A stretch of DNA of 64,000 nt from Thalia democratica (taxonomy: Eukaryota): contig OZ241829.1 in the NCBI GenBank assembly GCA_965202585.1, forward strand, positions 60,574,001 to 60,638,000. Direction: 5' to 3'. A program made the translations under genes and the position numbers. The notes below the pieces were generated by a model, which ran no database searches, was not told the origin of the DNA, and was given only the letters and a program-made list of their open reading frames with translations. Below are positions 1-13,860 of this stretch, piece by piece (position 1 is the first letter of the stretch; every line of letters begins with the position of its first letter).

Positions 1-687
1 GGGGGAGGGGGGGAGAGTAAGCCATGTTTTTTACAAGTTGATCTTATTTTATAGAATTTTTTCTAAGCTTCAAGATGCTTTTTATTGTTTTAAAAAAATC
101 GAATTATTTTTTGAGATATGACCAGTCAAAATCAGGCCGCATAATAGATTCCCTATGGGAAGGGAAAACTAAAACAGTGAAAAAAGACTATTTTATTTAA
201 AACCTATCTCCTCCTACATTTTTCAAGCAATCTTCTTCAAACTTTCACAGTCTATTCTTTATACAATAACAAAAAAAAAAAACGTTACTTTGGGAATTTA
301 AAAAAAAACACTTTTTTTTTAATTTTTGTGATAATTTTTTTTTAATTATTAAAATTCAAAAGTAACATTTTTTTCTTTTAATATAAGGAACATTTCCTGA
401 AAATTTGAAGAAGATTACTTGAGAAATGAAGGAGGAGATAGATTTTTAGTGAATTTTAAAATTTCTGAGAAAATTGACCCGTAAAAATGTGAAAAATTAG
501 AAATGTGGGTCCATGAAAAATGTGAAAAGTGGGTCCATACGCTGCAAACTTTTTACAAAAAATAAAATATCTCAAAACTTAAATGATATTTCTTAATTCT
601 AAAAAACTGGCTTGTAGTTTGTGTTTAAGCTTTCATATAAAAAAGTAAATTTTTGTAAAAAAAAAGTGTTGGACTCCCCCTATGGCC
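1..687. mobile_element. Non-autonomous DNA transposon, Kolobok-like (left end upstream of the window)
   Basis: Ends in CCCCCTATGGCC followed by TTAA (688-691). The window starts with a G-rich run complementary to the C-run of that end. RR termini with a TTAA target fit Kolobok; the left TSD is not visible. Confidence 0.5.
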
Positions 688-2389
688 TTAACCTCAAATA
701 CTTTGAAGTACCAAATTAATAACAAAAGGATTTTTAAAAAGCTAAGCTTAAAGAAAAAATGTTTTAGGTCAAAAAGACTTGCTTGGAAATAGAGTAAAAC
801 ATCTAAATTAGCCTAAGTTTTGAAAGTATTATGAAACAAGCCTAAATTTTTCAAAAAAAAAGTAAGGAATTTAATGACTAATTTAAAAAATTGTGACTAC
901 AAAGAATGTCAGGGTTGACATCCTGAAAAAAAATATCTTACTCATCTAAAACAAAACTTATTATTCATATACATTATCTTGAGCTAGACATAGATAATGG
1001 AGAAAAGTTCACTAATATTAACCATTTAAACCTTTATCTTGCAAAAAGTTACAAAATACCTTACCTTAACTGAGAAAAACAATCTGTATACTTATTTATA
1101 AATAGTTTACATATGGTTAATACTACTAATTTAGTTTTGAACTTTTTTAAACTAAATTAGGTTGTTTTAGCCCAAATTATTCAAATTTTTAGACAGTTTT
1201 CTAGAGATTTTAAAAAGAGATGAATCTATTTTGTAACATTGTTGTGTCTTTCAGAAAGATAAGTAAAAAACATAATTGTAGGATTACGAAATGAGTCAAA
1301 AAAAAATCAATGTTAGAAAACTATTGTAAGGATAAACTTATTGAACTTTACTAGCTAAAGGGCCCTGTTTTCTTAAGATTTATGTTGCTGAATTTATTTT
1401 GACACTTTTCTTGATAGTTTTTAAAACAACTTTTTTTAAATTCAAATAAATACATATAATTTATTGTTAATTTAAAAATTATTGTTCTTCAATTTAAGGG
1501 ATCTTGTTTAATCTAATCCATTTACAGCAAGTTTTTAGCTTATACTTAATATTGTTAATGTACATAGGATGACTTATGGTTTTTAAAGGTTCAAGTTTTG
1601 TTGTTTTATTTAGGAGAGATAAAATTAAAGGTACTTAAAGTTTTTTACAGAGTAAAACTACAGATGAGATACTATATTGCTATTTTAAATATGTTTTATA
1701 AAATATATTACTCTAAATAACTCAAGTTACTATTGTATATAATAGGTATTTCTAGTCTAAACTAAACTTTGTTATTTTGTAAAAAAAATTGTTCAGAATT
1801 CCAGGTTTTGTTTACCTAAATTTAAAAATTCCATGATATCAAGGTTTCAATGAAGAATCTCTACCTTGTTTACAAGGCCTTAAAAATTAAGAACAAAATC
1901 TTAACAAATTAAAAGAAAACTTTTTGTAGGAAGTGTTATTGATGTTGTTTAACTAAGTGACATTTTTATAGACTTAATATTTTTTTATTTTGTTAAAAGG
2001 ATGGTCAATGATTTTTTAGAAATTTTGTAACAGTACATCAAGTTGTATTTGAAATCGTTTTGTAGACATTTGTGTTATTTGTTGTTTATTGTAAAATTCT
2101 TTATAAAAAATTTGATTTCTTATAAGCAGTTTTTTGATTTAAATTCAAAGTAGTTAATTCTTAATTTAATAATACATACTTAATATTATATTCTTGTTAG
2201 ATTTAATTCTTGTGTATTAGTTTTTATGACATTTAAAGTATTTGCTAAAGTATGGTGTTTTTAATATATTTGTTAGTTTTTGCAACTGTTCTTTTATATG
2301 ATATGTTCATTTATTGTCATGCCTAGTTTTATATAGAGTAGCCCTAAGTATTATTTAAGATTAGTATAATTTAAGTCTAAAATTTAGTG

Positions 2390-2968
2390 TAACCCATGGA
2401 TGTAAGTTACTTAAAATTAAACTTGTATGGTTATAGTGTAGTGTACAACCACACTATAAACCATAACTTTTGGTGGTTATATTTTATATCAAAGAGCATA
2501 TCAAAAACTCAAAAATACAGAACATCATAATTTACTTTAGATATTGTCAAAACATTTACACAAAAATTAATTCTAACAGATATATACTTTAAGAATGTAT
2601 AAATAATGTAGGTTAAATTAAGAATTAACTACTTGGAGTTAAAATCAAAAAACTGCTTATGAGAACTAACCTTTTTTAAAAAAGAACTTAACAATAAACA
2701 ACTGATAATACAAATGTATTCATGTTAGCAGCAGCAGCAACGTGGTCTAGAACAATTGTCATTGACAAAATCAGTATACATATAGCTGAATATTTAATCA
2801 GACTCACTTTCTTCTATTCTCAAACTTTGTCCTACATAATTCAGTATTCAACCAACTGGAACAGTAGTATAACTGGTATTCTATTACAATTGTTATGGTT
2901 TATAGTAGTACACTAAACTTTAACCACAAAAGTACAATATTTAAGTAACCTACAACTATGGATTACAT
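2390..2968. repeat. Degenerate inverted-repeat element (MITE-like)
   Basis: aacccatggatgtaagttacttaaa (~2391) is the approximate reverse complement of tttaagtaacctacaactatggatt (~2940-2965). There is an internal hairpin at ~2425-2466. Confidence 0.45.
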
Positions 2969-4289
2969 TTTTTTCAAGGTTTTATTTTTATTTTTTTAAA
3001 TTAAGTACAATTTTCTTTCAGGTATAATATTAAATTTAAGTTTAAAGTATATTCAAATTACTAAAAATACTGTGCTACTTTTATGTTTTTTATAAAAAAT
3101 TAATTTTAAATAATATCTAATTTTATGCATTTTTTGTAACCTAAAGTTCATTATTTTAAATGTAAAATTATTCAAAACTCTGGGTTTTTTTTTTAACTTT
3201 AGTTAAAATTTCCATATTTTTACAAAATATAAATTTTAGGTTTCTCAAAATTTTGTTTTCCAGAATTAAAAATTCAGGTTAACCAAAGACTCTAGGTTTT
3301 ATGGCAACCCTATTTAAATATATATCTTATCCCTAACTCACTCAAGACAAACTTAAAGCACATGGTATAAGTATTGAAGTAAAATTTTAGAATACTTGCA
3401 GCACCTTGAATAACATAAAACAGGTAGGCTTTTAAGTAGCTATTTATTTTTTAATGAAGTACTATTGGAAATAGATCAAGCATAAAGCTAAGCATTTCCT
3501 GTGAAAATAGTTAAAAAAATGAAAATTGTTATCAAAATTACATCTAAATTGTACTCATTCACAAGTAAGATACATATATATATATAAACAAATAGTTCTT
3601 AAATAACTAATTGAATCCAACAACATACTCAGCACAGTATAGAAACCATAAAATAAGGCAAAAACCAACAGAATTCAAAACTCAAGTCTTTATACTTTAT
3701 GAAAATTTAAAAGACTAATTATCACATAAAAGTTTCAGCAAAGTATATACTAAAATCTTTTAAAGCAAGTTTTTTATGTATTTAAAACCATATTTTGTGT
3801 AAATAAAAAAACAAACAAGAATACAACTCCTGTAGTCAACAACAAATTATGTCCAAATATTTGTTAGTTTGCATCAATTTACAAACCAGCAAAAAAAACC
3901 TAATTATGTACAGCATACAAGTTTTAAACAACAACACATATGTTTAAGTAAGATCAGGCACACCACACACATTTCTCAGATATTTTTTAAACATATAAAC
4001 AACATTTAAAAAGCTGAGGGTAAGTTCAAAACTTTTTTTGCAGAAAAATAATATAAAATTTTAAGTGTAAGCTCAAACTATACACTAAAATACTTCTTTA
4101 GAAAATAAAAACATAATTAACTTCTTTTGAGATATAGTCAGATTAAAGACATTTTCAATATCAATCTGGGTAGAAGCTCTCATTGTTAATTCTGTCCAGT
4201 ATTTAAAAGTTAACTAAAAGTCTATTTTATTTCATTTCTAAAGCACTTAACTTCAACTTTTCAGGAAGTAATTGTTGAGTTAAAGTAAA

Positions 4290-5600
4290 CAGGGTAGCCA
4301 CTGGTTTCTCCAACCTTTCTTTAGGTTTTCAAAATTTCTTCCAGGTTTTTCAGAAATTCTTCCACGTTTTTTAAAGTTTATCTTTTTTAACCTTTTTTAG
4401 TAGTAAATTTATCTTATGTTAAAAAAGGTGTTTTTTGATAGGTTTAAACTACTTAAACTATATATTATTACTACTACCTGGTCTTTGTTTTATCATATTA
4501 CAGGCTGTACAATTATTTTGTATCAATTTCTTTAAATTTCTTCTCATTTGATTGTTCAAAAGCCTTTATGATGATATACAAGATAAAAAGCCATGCAATC
4601 AAATTAAAATATGTTGTTAGTTTTAATTTGATAACTATTTATCTATCTATTTATTTAAATAATATTTGCAACAAATAATGTAAAGCTAAATAAAAATGAT
4701 AACAATAACTAAAAGAAAACTTATTAAGTATTAATAATTAAAATTTGATATAGCTTACAATTTGTGTTGTATTTCTAGTTTTTTTACTTTGCTCTAGTAT
4801 TCTACAACAGTTTTTTAGTGCAATTTAAACTTTATCATTACAAAAATTTTACTTATTTTCTGTAAAACACAATGAACTTTAATAAAAAAAGTAAATGATT
4901 TATTGACTTCTAAAATAAACTTTATTAAAATGCATCAGTCAGAAATTGGTTCTTGTTGACTGACTTTACATGACATTCAAAAAATGGAAGAGCCAGTAAA
5001 TAAGTTGTTTCATTAATTAATATAATAATTTTTCAATTACTGTATAAAAACTTGTAGTATTTTTTTTTGAAATTTACGACTTTTACTATATCTAAATTGT
5101 TAAAAAACTAAAATTTGAAAAATTCCAGCTTTTTTCACAATTTTTGTAGAAGATTCCAGACAGGATTGCAATTTTTTTTTGAGAAATTTCTTCCAGGTTT
5201 TTATAAGTACACATTTTTGGGTCTACTTCTAGTTTAAAGCTATGTTTAAGGTTAAAAACTAAGTAGTATAACAACATTGAAAAGATACTGTAAACTTACT
5301 TTAAACGTGTTTTTTAATAAAAAAAGTTTTTGATGATGACAAAAAATTGTATCTATGTAGTAGATTTTTTGTGTCAAATTAAAATTTTACTACTTACATG
5401 TAAAAATTGTTTTTTTTGTGATTTTTGTTCAAAATTCCAGGTTTTTTTAAATTTCTCAAGTTCTGGGTTTTTCCAGGCTTTTAAAGCCTAACTTGTCAAA
5501 TTCCATGTTTTTCCAGCATTCAAGATTTTTTGGCAACACTGGTCTAGGTTTTTCAAAATTTCTCAAATTCCAGGTTTTCCCAGGTTTTGTGGCCACCCTA
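4290..5600. mobile_element. Cluster of nested or fragmented CAGGGTTGCCA-family MITE copies
   Basis: TIR-like ends at 4290 (cagggtagccac), 5161 (caggattgca), 5541 (ggcaacactg) and ~5600 (ggccacccta), plus the family's repeated ttccaggtttt motifs and internal similarity to the copies at 10075 and 36189. Confidence 0.65.
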
Positions 5601-5944
5601 AACAAAAAGTTGTACTATATAAATTTTAGGTAACTTAAAATATAACTTACATTAAAGTTGTTAATAACTAGACTTTTTAATATTTTTTTTTTTTTAATAA
5701 AGGTTTTTCCATGATTTGAATAAAAACTTTCATATTTTTCCCAGTTTCTAGGTTTTGTTACAATTCTGTGCTCAGATATGGATATGAACTATTAAAATAA
5801 ATTGTAATTCACTCTTCAAAGTATCTTTTATAGACAAAATGTAATAATAATAAAAAAAGCAACAAATTAAAAGAATGTGAAAGAAAAATGTGAATGCTTA
5901 CAACTACAGTGTGGAGAAAGACGTTTTGGTTGTAAAGCTATACA

Positions 5945-6718
5945 CAGGGTTCGTGCGCGAAATTCCTTTTCATTTAGCCTGACAGAGACCTATTTAGCCT
6001 GACATTTTTTCAAAGTAGAAAAAATCACTTTCAGTAGGCACTTTGGGTATCGGGGGGTCTTAATTAGCAAATTAACGCAATAAAAGTATTCACGAAACTA
6101 CTTTTAAAGAAAATAAAAATTTGAATGAATTATTTTTCAACATCTATCAATCGCTTACCCAGCAACTTGAATATTTTTAGCTGGTCATTATAATTTCTGC
6201 TTCAATGAATTCATACCTTTATTAAATTTTGGGGCTTAGTTACATCCACCACTTATCACCCATATACAGGGTTCGTGTCAAAACCCTGTATATGGGTTGT
6301 TCTGAAAAACAAAGCTCATGTAAACAAATTCAGACAAACAGTTAAGTTGTTGAACTAAACTGTAATGTTTAAACTGTACTTTTTTATGAATTTTTACAAT
6401 TATGACGTATATAATCTAATAAATACAAAATAATGAAAATTCTTAAAATTATTTTAGAGATTCAACAAAAGGTTTAAAGCACTTATTTTTACAAATACTG
6501 ACTGATTTCGTCTTTAATAACTAAATCTTTATTTAGAAATAGATTCACATCTCAATTTGATCTTAATTAAAAAAATTTCATGCATTTGAACTGACAAAAA
6601 CTGAGATTCTCAAATTTTTAAACATAAAAACTGATTTAGCCTGACGTTTTTCAACTTTTTTCAAAAAAACTGATTTAGCCTGATTTAGCCTGACTTAGCC
6701 TGACGCGCACGAACCCTG
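5945..6718. mobile_element. hAT-like MITE, family 2 (TIR CAGGGTTCGTGCGCG), 6-bp TSD
   Basis: TIRs cagggttcgtgcgcg / cgcgcacgaaccctg; TSD tataca at 5939-5944 and 6719-6724; subterminal tttagcctga repeats near both ends. Confidence 0.85.
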
Positions 6719-9290
6719 TATACACAATTTTTACTTGTTAATGCTGTTTTAAGTAACTTAAAATTTATACCAACAACAACAACAAAAGTATTAAAACATT
6801 TGTCTATAAAAATAACATTAATCTTTGTTTTTTAAGTTTAATTTTGTAATTTTTTTTTTACCTTGTGATAAAGTATAACCTTTATAATTACAACATATAA
6901 TTAAACTTATTCTGAAATAACAGAGGGAAAAAAAATTAAAAGTTGGCCTATAACTAACTTAAAGGTCTGAACCACAGCTTTAAAAACTCTCTGAGTTGAA
7001 CATGCAAGATATAGACCCAGTGGTATGTAGACAAACAAAGAAAACTTGTTAACCACTTGTAATAGTAATTGTATTATTACAAAGTTATGTATCTTACTTC
7101 GTACATGCTGAACTAGGGTAATTCCCTTTTTATACATAATATAACAAAGAGCTTTTTTGAATAAACTTTTTATGAAAAACCTAAAAGAATTTTTCACTTA
7201 AAATTAAGTCTATTACCGAAAAATCTTTTTTTTTATATACTTACTAATAAAAGTAATCTAATTCAAATCATACGTTTTTAAGTAAGTTTTTTTTAACCAA
7301 TGCGAGTTTGACTGCTTCATTGTAATTTAAACTTTGTTGACACAAGAAAAGGATGTAATTCTTCACTTTACTTATTATTCTTTATACTCAAAAACGGTAA
7401 AGCTTTAGTTTTTCACGATTATCTTCTAAACAAGCATTGTATATAGATAGGTTGAACAACAGTTCTCTTTTTTTAAATCATTTTAACTTTCAGTTTAAAT
7501 AAATTCTTATTTACAATGCAATGAAAACTTTTCTATTCTCCTAGAAAACTTTTTGAATAATATAATTTTCCTTCCATGCTTAACTAATTGCAAATGACTT
7601 TAATACTGTACTAGAGGCTATTTCTTCTTGAGTCTATTAATTTATAAACCTTGTTATAAGTTATGACGTGAATACCTAACATTACATAGCTTATTCAAAT
7701 AGCTTATTATTTTAAGTAAACTTTGTTGTCCAAAATTGTGTTTTTAAAATTTATGGCTTTTTATTATACCATAACATTAAGAGAAAAATTGTATATTTTT
7801 TTAAAACGCTTTCGGATTAGTACGTTAGAAATACATTTTTCTTAATATAAACTTTATCAAAACTAGTTTTCATAAATTTAAAATAATGAATATAAAATAT
7901 AGAGGAATACTGTATACAAACTTTTAAAATGTTGTCAAAGATAAATAATAAAGTTTATACTATTTTTACCATGGACTAAACATTAAACTATAAATCACTT
8001 TATTACCCAAAAAACTTAAAGCAGAATTAATCTTATACATCTTACAGAAATTTATTTCTTTAAAAATTTAATTTCATGAATATAAAGAACAAAAGACTTA
8101 TTTAAGATTTAAACATTTTCATATTTAAAAACTACCCTTTCAAAGTCCATAAGACTTTTCTAAATTCTATTTTTAAATTTTAATTACATTCAAAAAGAAA
8201 TCAACAAATACAAAACTTTTGGTTATATGGGTGAAGGTTAAGGCTTAAGGGTATAATATAAATTTTCTAAAATCAAAAAAAAAATTAATACAATCGGCTG
8301 ACTTAGCAAATATGCAAATTAGAGTCATCCTTTTAACAATATTTTTCTGGTTTTATCAAAAAAAAAGTTTTACTCTTCTATCTGTAACTACAAATCTTTT
8401 GAGGTCAAGCATTTAAGTTTTATCATTTCCTATCTAAACTTACCACTTAATAATTAACAAAATTGTTAAAATATGTGGCCTGCAGGCATGGGGTGCTTGT
8501 CATGGCCATACTTGTGAAAAAATTGCTTTAGTCACTAGAGCGTGAAAATAAAACAAACCAGATTATAATACTTTAGTGAGCAATTGGCAACAGCTAAGGG
8601 TAGCTTAAATATGTTTAAATAAAGTAGCAAGTTAATTTGTACATTTACTGAGTCCGCAAAATTTTTTAAAGCTTTTTTATTTTCACCCTTATTCTTACCA
8701 ACACATATAAAAAAAAAATAAGTTTTTATCATTAAAATTTAATGTAACATACAAAAATATTTTTTTCTGATTCAGCAAATATAGCTTTCTGCCTGTATGC
8801 TAATGATTTGCATATTTTCCAAGCTACCCACAGAAACATTACAATTTTGTGTCCTAGCTTTGAAAATTCTCAGGGTTAAATTTTGTAAGATCAAAACATA
8901 GTGGTGCACATTCACAAAACAAAAAACTAAACATATCTAAGACTTTTTTTAGTATTTATTGCTTATAAATAACTATTTAGTTACATATATGTATATATAA
9001 AATAAGGTTAATATTCAAACTTGAACACCTTCTACTTAGCCCACTTGAAGGGCTTTTAAATAACTTATTGAAATGACAATTTTAAAAATACTGGAACATA
9101 TGTTTCATAAAGACAAAAAAGATTGTCTTTAATCTTCAGCCAGTTCAAATTTGAAATAAAAAGCACTTTGGTAAACAAAGATGCAAAAGTTTACAAAAAA
9201 ACAAAAACAATATGATGTAAGAATTGAACATTGTACATTACAAATATTCAATACAAAAATCGATCTACCATCCAACTAATCAAACAACTA

Positions 9291-10858
9291 AAAATTAACG
9301 AAAACAACAGTTAAACTATAGTATTTTATTAAAACTAATTTCAACCCCAAAAATCACATACATTTTTGATCTTTTAACTAAACTGTAATAAAATTACTTA
9401 TACATGTCCTAGACTAATTATTCGTTAATTTATATCTTAAATGAAAGCTTGTAATTATAGACATAAATCAAAGACATTTCAACTGCTTTTGTTGTATTAT
9501 GACGTCATTATTCCACTAAATATGCAAATTTTGTCTGTAAAATTGTACTTTTTTTTCTAATATAAAAAGCAAATTCTTCTGCCGTTTTACTTTTAGTTCT
9601 TTGATTTAGGATATAAAATGTGTCAAGTCAGCTAGGCAGAAAGATATTACTGATGTAATGTTATTTCAATTGCATGTCTATATAGTATATTCATATATAT
9701 ATATATATATAAAATACATTTTAAATCACTTTCCGTTGCTAAAAATTATGATTATTGAGAGCACCTGTCTAAGAGTAAAAGATCTAGACTTAATTATCAT
9801 AGAAAGTGCATGTAAATTTTCTAAAATTAGTGTAATTTTATTCATTAGTTTAAGAATTTTTATTTAACTAAACAATAATGTTTATCTGTATTAATTTTTT
9901 ATTAGCTTTAAGTATGTTATTGTTTTCAAATTACTACTAGTAAAAGTTTATAAAGTCTTGTACATCTAAATAAATTAAAACTTAATTTGTTAGTTTGTTT
10001 AAACTCGTTAATTCTCTAGTTTTTAAGCTTTTTATCAAATGTTTTTTAACTTTAAACTCATTTTTTAATTGTTACAGGGTTGCCACTTTACCTGGAATCC
10101 TGGAATTTAACAAATTTTTAAAAAAACCTTGAAAAACCTAGAATTTTGATAGATAAATGATAAATAAATTTGTCATCACCAAAATTTTTTTATTAAAAAA
10201 CACGATTTAAGTAGCTTTACAGTACCTTTTCAATCTTTTTATACCATTTAACACAGTTTCTTACCTTAAATTTAACTTTAAACTAAAAATAGATCCAAAT
10301 ATGTGTATTTTTAAAAACCTGGAACAAATTTGAAAAACCTGGAAAAATTTTTGAAAAAACAAGTGGCAACCCTGTTGTTATTGTCTTTACTTATATAAAA
10401 TGCTCTCAAAAATCATAATTTCTAAAATAGAATTATATTAGATAAGAAAGTGATTTAAAATGTATTATATATATATATATATATATATATAAACATGCAA
10501 TTGAAATGACATTACATCAGTAATATTTTTCTGCCTAGCTGACTTGACAAATTTTATATTCTAAATCAAAATACAAAAAGTAAAACAGCAGAAGAATTTG
10601 TTTTTAATATTAGAAAGTAATGTACAATTTCCTGACAAAATTTACATATTTGGTGTAATAATGACGTCATAATACAATAAAAGCAGTTGAAATGTTTTTA
10701 ATTTATGCCTATAATTACAAGCTTTCATTTAAGATATAAATTATAAGTCTAGGACATGTATAAGTAATATAATTACTATTTAAGTCAAAAGATCGAAAAC
10801 TGTGTGATTTTTGGGGTTGAAATTAGTTTTTTGCGCAGCAGTTGTTTTTTTTAATTTT
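9291..10858. repeat. Large diverged inverted repeat (arms ~9291-9783 and ~10383-10858)
   Basis: aactaatttcaaccccaaaaatcaca is matched by tgtgatttttggggttgaaattagtt. Both arms carry TGACGTCA and an (AT)n tract. Confidence 0.8.
10075..10374. mobile_element. hAT-like MITE, family 1 (TIR CAGGGTTGCCAC), 6-bp TSD
   Basis: cagggttgccac ... gtggcaaccctg, 300 bp; TSD ttgtta at 10069-10074 and 10375-10380. Confidence 0.9.
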
Positions 10859-12014
10859 TTTTTTCAGATTCTTCTTAATGAAGCAAAAACACTTCCAAAT
10901 CATAATGACTCATAAGTCCAGCAAACATCACCCAAGTACTCCCTAAACCTACAAAGTTAAATTTTATTAAAGTTCTAAATAAAACTATTCAAAGTTATTT
11001 ACAAATATATGTTGTGAGGCTTGATGACCGAAAGGTCTTCTCCACACCAATCCATTGACCATAGATGTGAACGTTCACATTTTTCTTTCTTTCTTTTCAT
11101 GGAAGTGTATTATAAAGCCCATTTTTAGTATGTAATGATGTTTGATAAAAATAATTGTTACCAATACATTATGTTTATAGTATACTAATCAATTAAAAGT
11201 TTTTTATCATTAATACTTTTTTAAACCTTCAAGGTAAGTTATATTTAAGAATTTAAAAATATATAAGCCTTAATATCTACTTAAAATTGCAACAAAGCAA
11301 TGATATAACATAAATATTCTTGCAAGGTCTTAATAACAATTTAATGGCAACTACTTAAAAAATTCTTAGAAAATTCAGTTTGTGTTCGTTTAAAGCCTTA
11401 AAAAAGGTATAGACAAAAGTTTATTGCAGTAGAGAGATGAGTGAGACTATTGGTTTTTTAACCATAAAAAATACTATATTACACATAATAAGTTTTCAGT
11501 AGTCTACACTATAAATAATACTTAACTGCAAAAATAAAACTTTGACAGGAGAAAACTGAATTAGATCTAGTTTTATGCATGAACTATTTTTATAGTAATT
11601 AAAATACTTTGATTGCATTTAGATTGTTGAACTTTTTTTTAATTTAAGTATATTAATTATGTTTTTTAAATAAAAAATTTAATATTGAATAGGTTTGTAC
11701 ATCACACTAATTCAGTAAATAAATAAAATATTATGAATTAAGTAAGATAAATGCTACAATAACGGTTACAAATTAAAAATTTAGTTTTTGTTATCATGAA
11801 AGTTTATTAAGTAAAAACAAAGCATCGAATAGTAAATGTTCTACATACAAATATTACTTATAAGTTACTCTAATTATTTTAACTTAATACTGAATAAAAT
11901 CATAAAAACTAAATGGTGCACACATACCATAATATATATTCGAAACAATTATACTAATTTTACACAGCAGTATTTAAAACTTGTTTAGAAATAAGACCAT
12001 AGTTAAGCAAAATT

Positions 12015-13055
12015 ATGACATCAAATGTCGCAAAGACAATTGCAAAACGCATCTCTGCAATGGGTGCAAACAAATTTGTTTTGTTTGATTGTGACACTGG
12101 AGCTGATGATGCAATTGCCCTTATGATGCTTCTCTCAGAATCAGCAAAGAAAAATGTAAAAACGGTTGCAATAACTTGTGTTGATGGAAACACTGCTTTA
12201 CCAAATGTTGTCATGAACAACTTAAGGCTGCTAAAACTTTATAACATGCTCGATGATGTTCCTGTTTATAGAGGTTGTAGTGAACCGTTGCTTCCACTTT
12301 CCTCTCATGGTGGTACTGGTTCTATCCACGGTTCAGATGGAATGGGTGGTCATCCAGAGTATGAACCCAGATCTGATCCAGAACTTCTGAAGCACGTCCA
12401 GGAGAAACCAGCAGCATGTGCAATAGTAGACTTGGCAAAAAAGTATGAGAATGAACTAACTATTGTTGCGACTGGGCCATTGACAAACTTGGCTGTTGCT
12501 TTAAAACTTGACCCAGATCTTCCTTCTAGAGTTAAAAATCTATACATAATGGGAGGAACTCGCGAAGGAGCTGGCAATGTGACTCCTGCTGCCGAGTTCA
12601 ATTTCTACGTTGATCCTGAATCTGCCCAAATTACTTTAATGAGCTTTTCACCAAAGTGCTTAACTTTTATTACAGATTATGGCTTCTGCAACAAGTTCTC
12701 TGTGCCAATGCAGTGGATTGAAAATGATTGGTTAGGAAATATTGCAACTGAAAAGCAAGGATTTGCCCACATGGCACTACAAACACTTATCAAGTTTTAT
12801 AAAGATAGATATGGAAACGCTTTTGGTTTTTCAATATGTGATGCGTACACTATGTCTACTGTCCTTGATACTACCATTGCCTGGAATCCTGTAGAATTTG
12901 ATGGTTTTGTGGAAACAGGGGGTGTTAAGTCAAGAGGACACCTTATTTTAAACCATACTCGTTCGAAACATGAAGGATTTAATGGTCCACTTGTGTTTTT
13001 TGACAATTTTGATTTAGATAAGTACAAAAAAATGCTTGTAAATTCTGTTGCATAA
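12015..13055 (+). CDS. Inosine-uridine-preferring nucleoside hydrolase family protein (intronless, 346 aa)
   Basis: Ca-binding DxDxxxDD motif (DCDTGADD), plus GN, HGxDG, TGPLTNLA, MGG..GN..PAAEFNF..DPE motifs. Uninterrupted ORF; AATAAA at 13086-13091. Confidence 0.95.
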   Translation: MTSNVAKTIAKRISAMGANKFVLFDCDTGADDAIALMMLLSESAKKNVKTVAITCVDGNTALPNVVMNNLRLLKLYNMLDDVPVYRGCSEPLLPLSSHGGTGSIHGSDGMGGHPEYEPRSDPELLKHVQEKPAACAIVDLAKKYENELTIVATGPLTNLAVALKLDPDLPSRVKNLYIMGGTREGAGNVTPAAEFNFYVDPESAQITLMSFSPKCLTFITDYGFCNKFSVPMQWIENDWLGNIATEKQGFAHMALQTLIKFYKDRYGNAFGFSICDAYTMSTVLDTTIAWNPVEFDGFVETGGVKSRGHLILNHTRSKHEGFNGPLVFFDNFDLDKYKKMLVNSVA

Positions 13056-13860
13056 ATGATAACAATGTAGCTTAAAATTAGTATTAATAAAGCACATTTT
13101 TTATTTAGTCTAAAATTTTAGCATTTTTATATGTTTTAACTAGTTAATTAAAGTTTTTATCACTCTTTGATTTATCTAGTTTTTACTATTTTATGCTTGT
13201 TTACTGGTGATGGTGTGTAAATTTTAATTGAATATGTTAACAGTGGGTACCGTTAATGTTTGTGTTTTTTGATTTTTTTATCCATTTGTTAACTTTTAAT
13301 CATATGTAGTTAATTTATTAGTTTATTTCTAAAGCTTTTATTTGATTATGCTGCATTTACTTATACTTGTTTAATTTAAGTCATTTCTAATTTATAAAAG
13401 CAATGAGTTCAAGTTTTTCAGTTTTAAAAAATTGTATGATAAATCACTTTTAAAAAAATCAAAACTTATCAAATTTTAAATATTTTTTAACCATTAAATA
13501 TACTTTAACGAAAAATTGTATTAAATTTATTTAAATTAAGACCTTTGCATAGCCGGAGGTTGCAAAAGAGCTATACTTCTAAGGTAAAAGGTAACAAATA
13601 TTTTTTAGGATTTTAAATATAAATTTTTTTTTAGACCAAAACTATAAATAACGTTTGGAATATTGTTAATATATTGAACTTTTACTATTATTTGTAAATA
13701 ATTGGTCAAAAAGAATATGATGCAGTATTAAACCTGAGTAACTTGATAATATTTAGTTTAAATTCCAGCTACATAATATAGTTCATGTTAATTAAAGAAC
13801 GTTTTAAATTAAACATTATACTGATATAGATATATATATTTATTTACTTATACAAAAACA

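Noticed and set aside
2722-9867. Short ORFs of 60-100 aa in the track (2722, 5092, 6907, 8535, 9658, and similar ones elsewhere)
   Set aside because: F/I/L/K-rich translations typical of random AT-rich DNA, many with non-ATG starts or inside repeats.
11960-13027. Three minus-strand ORFs over the nucleoside hydrolase
   Set aside because: Antisense shadows of a well-supported gene.
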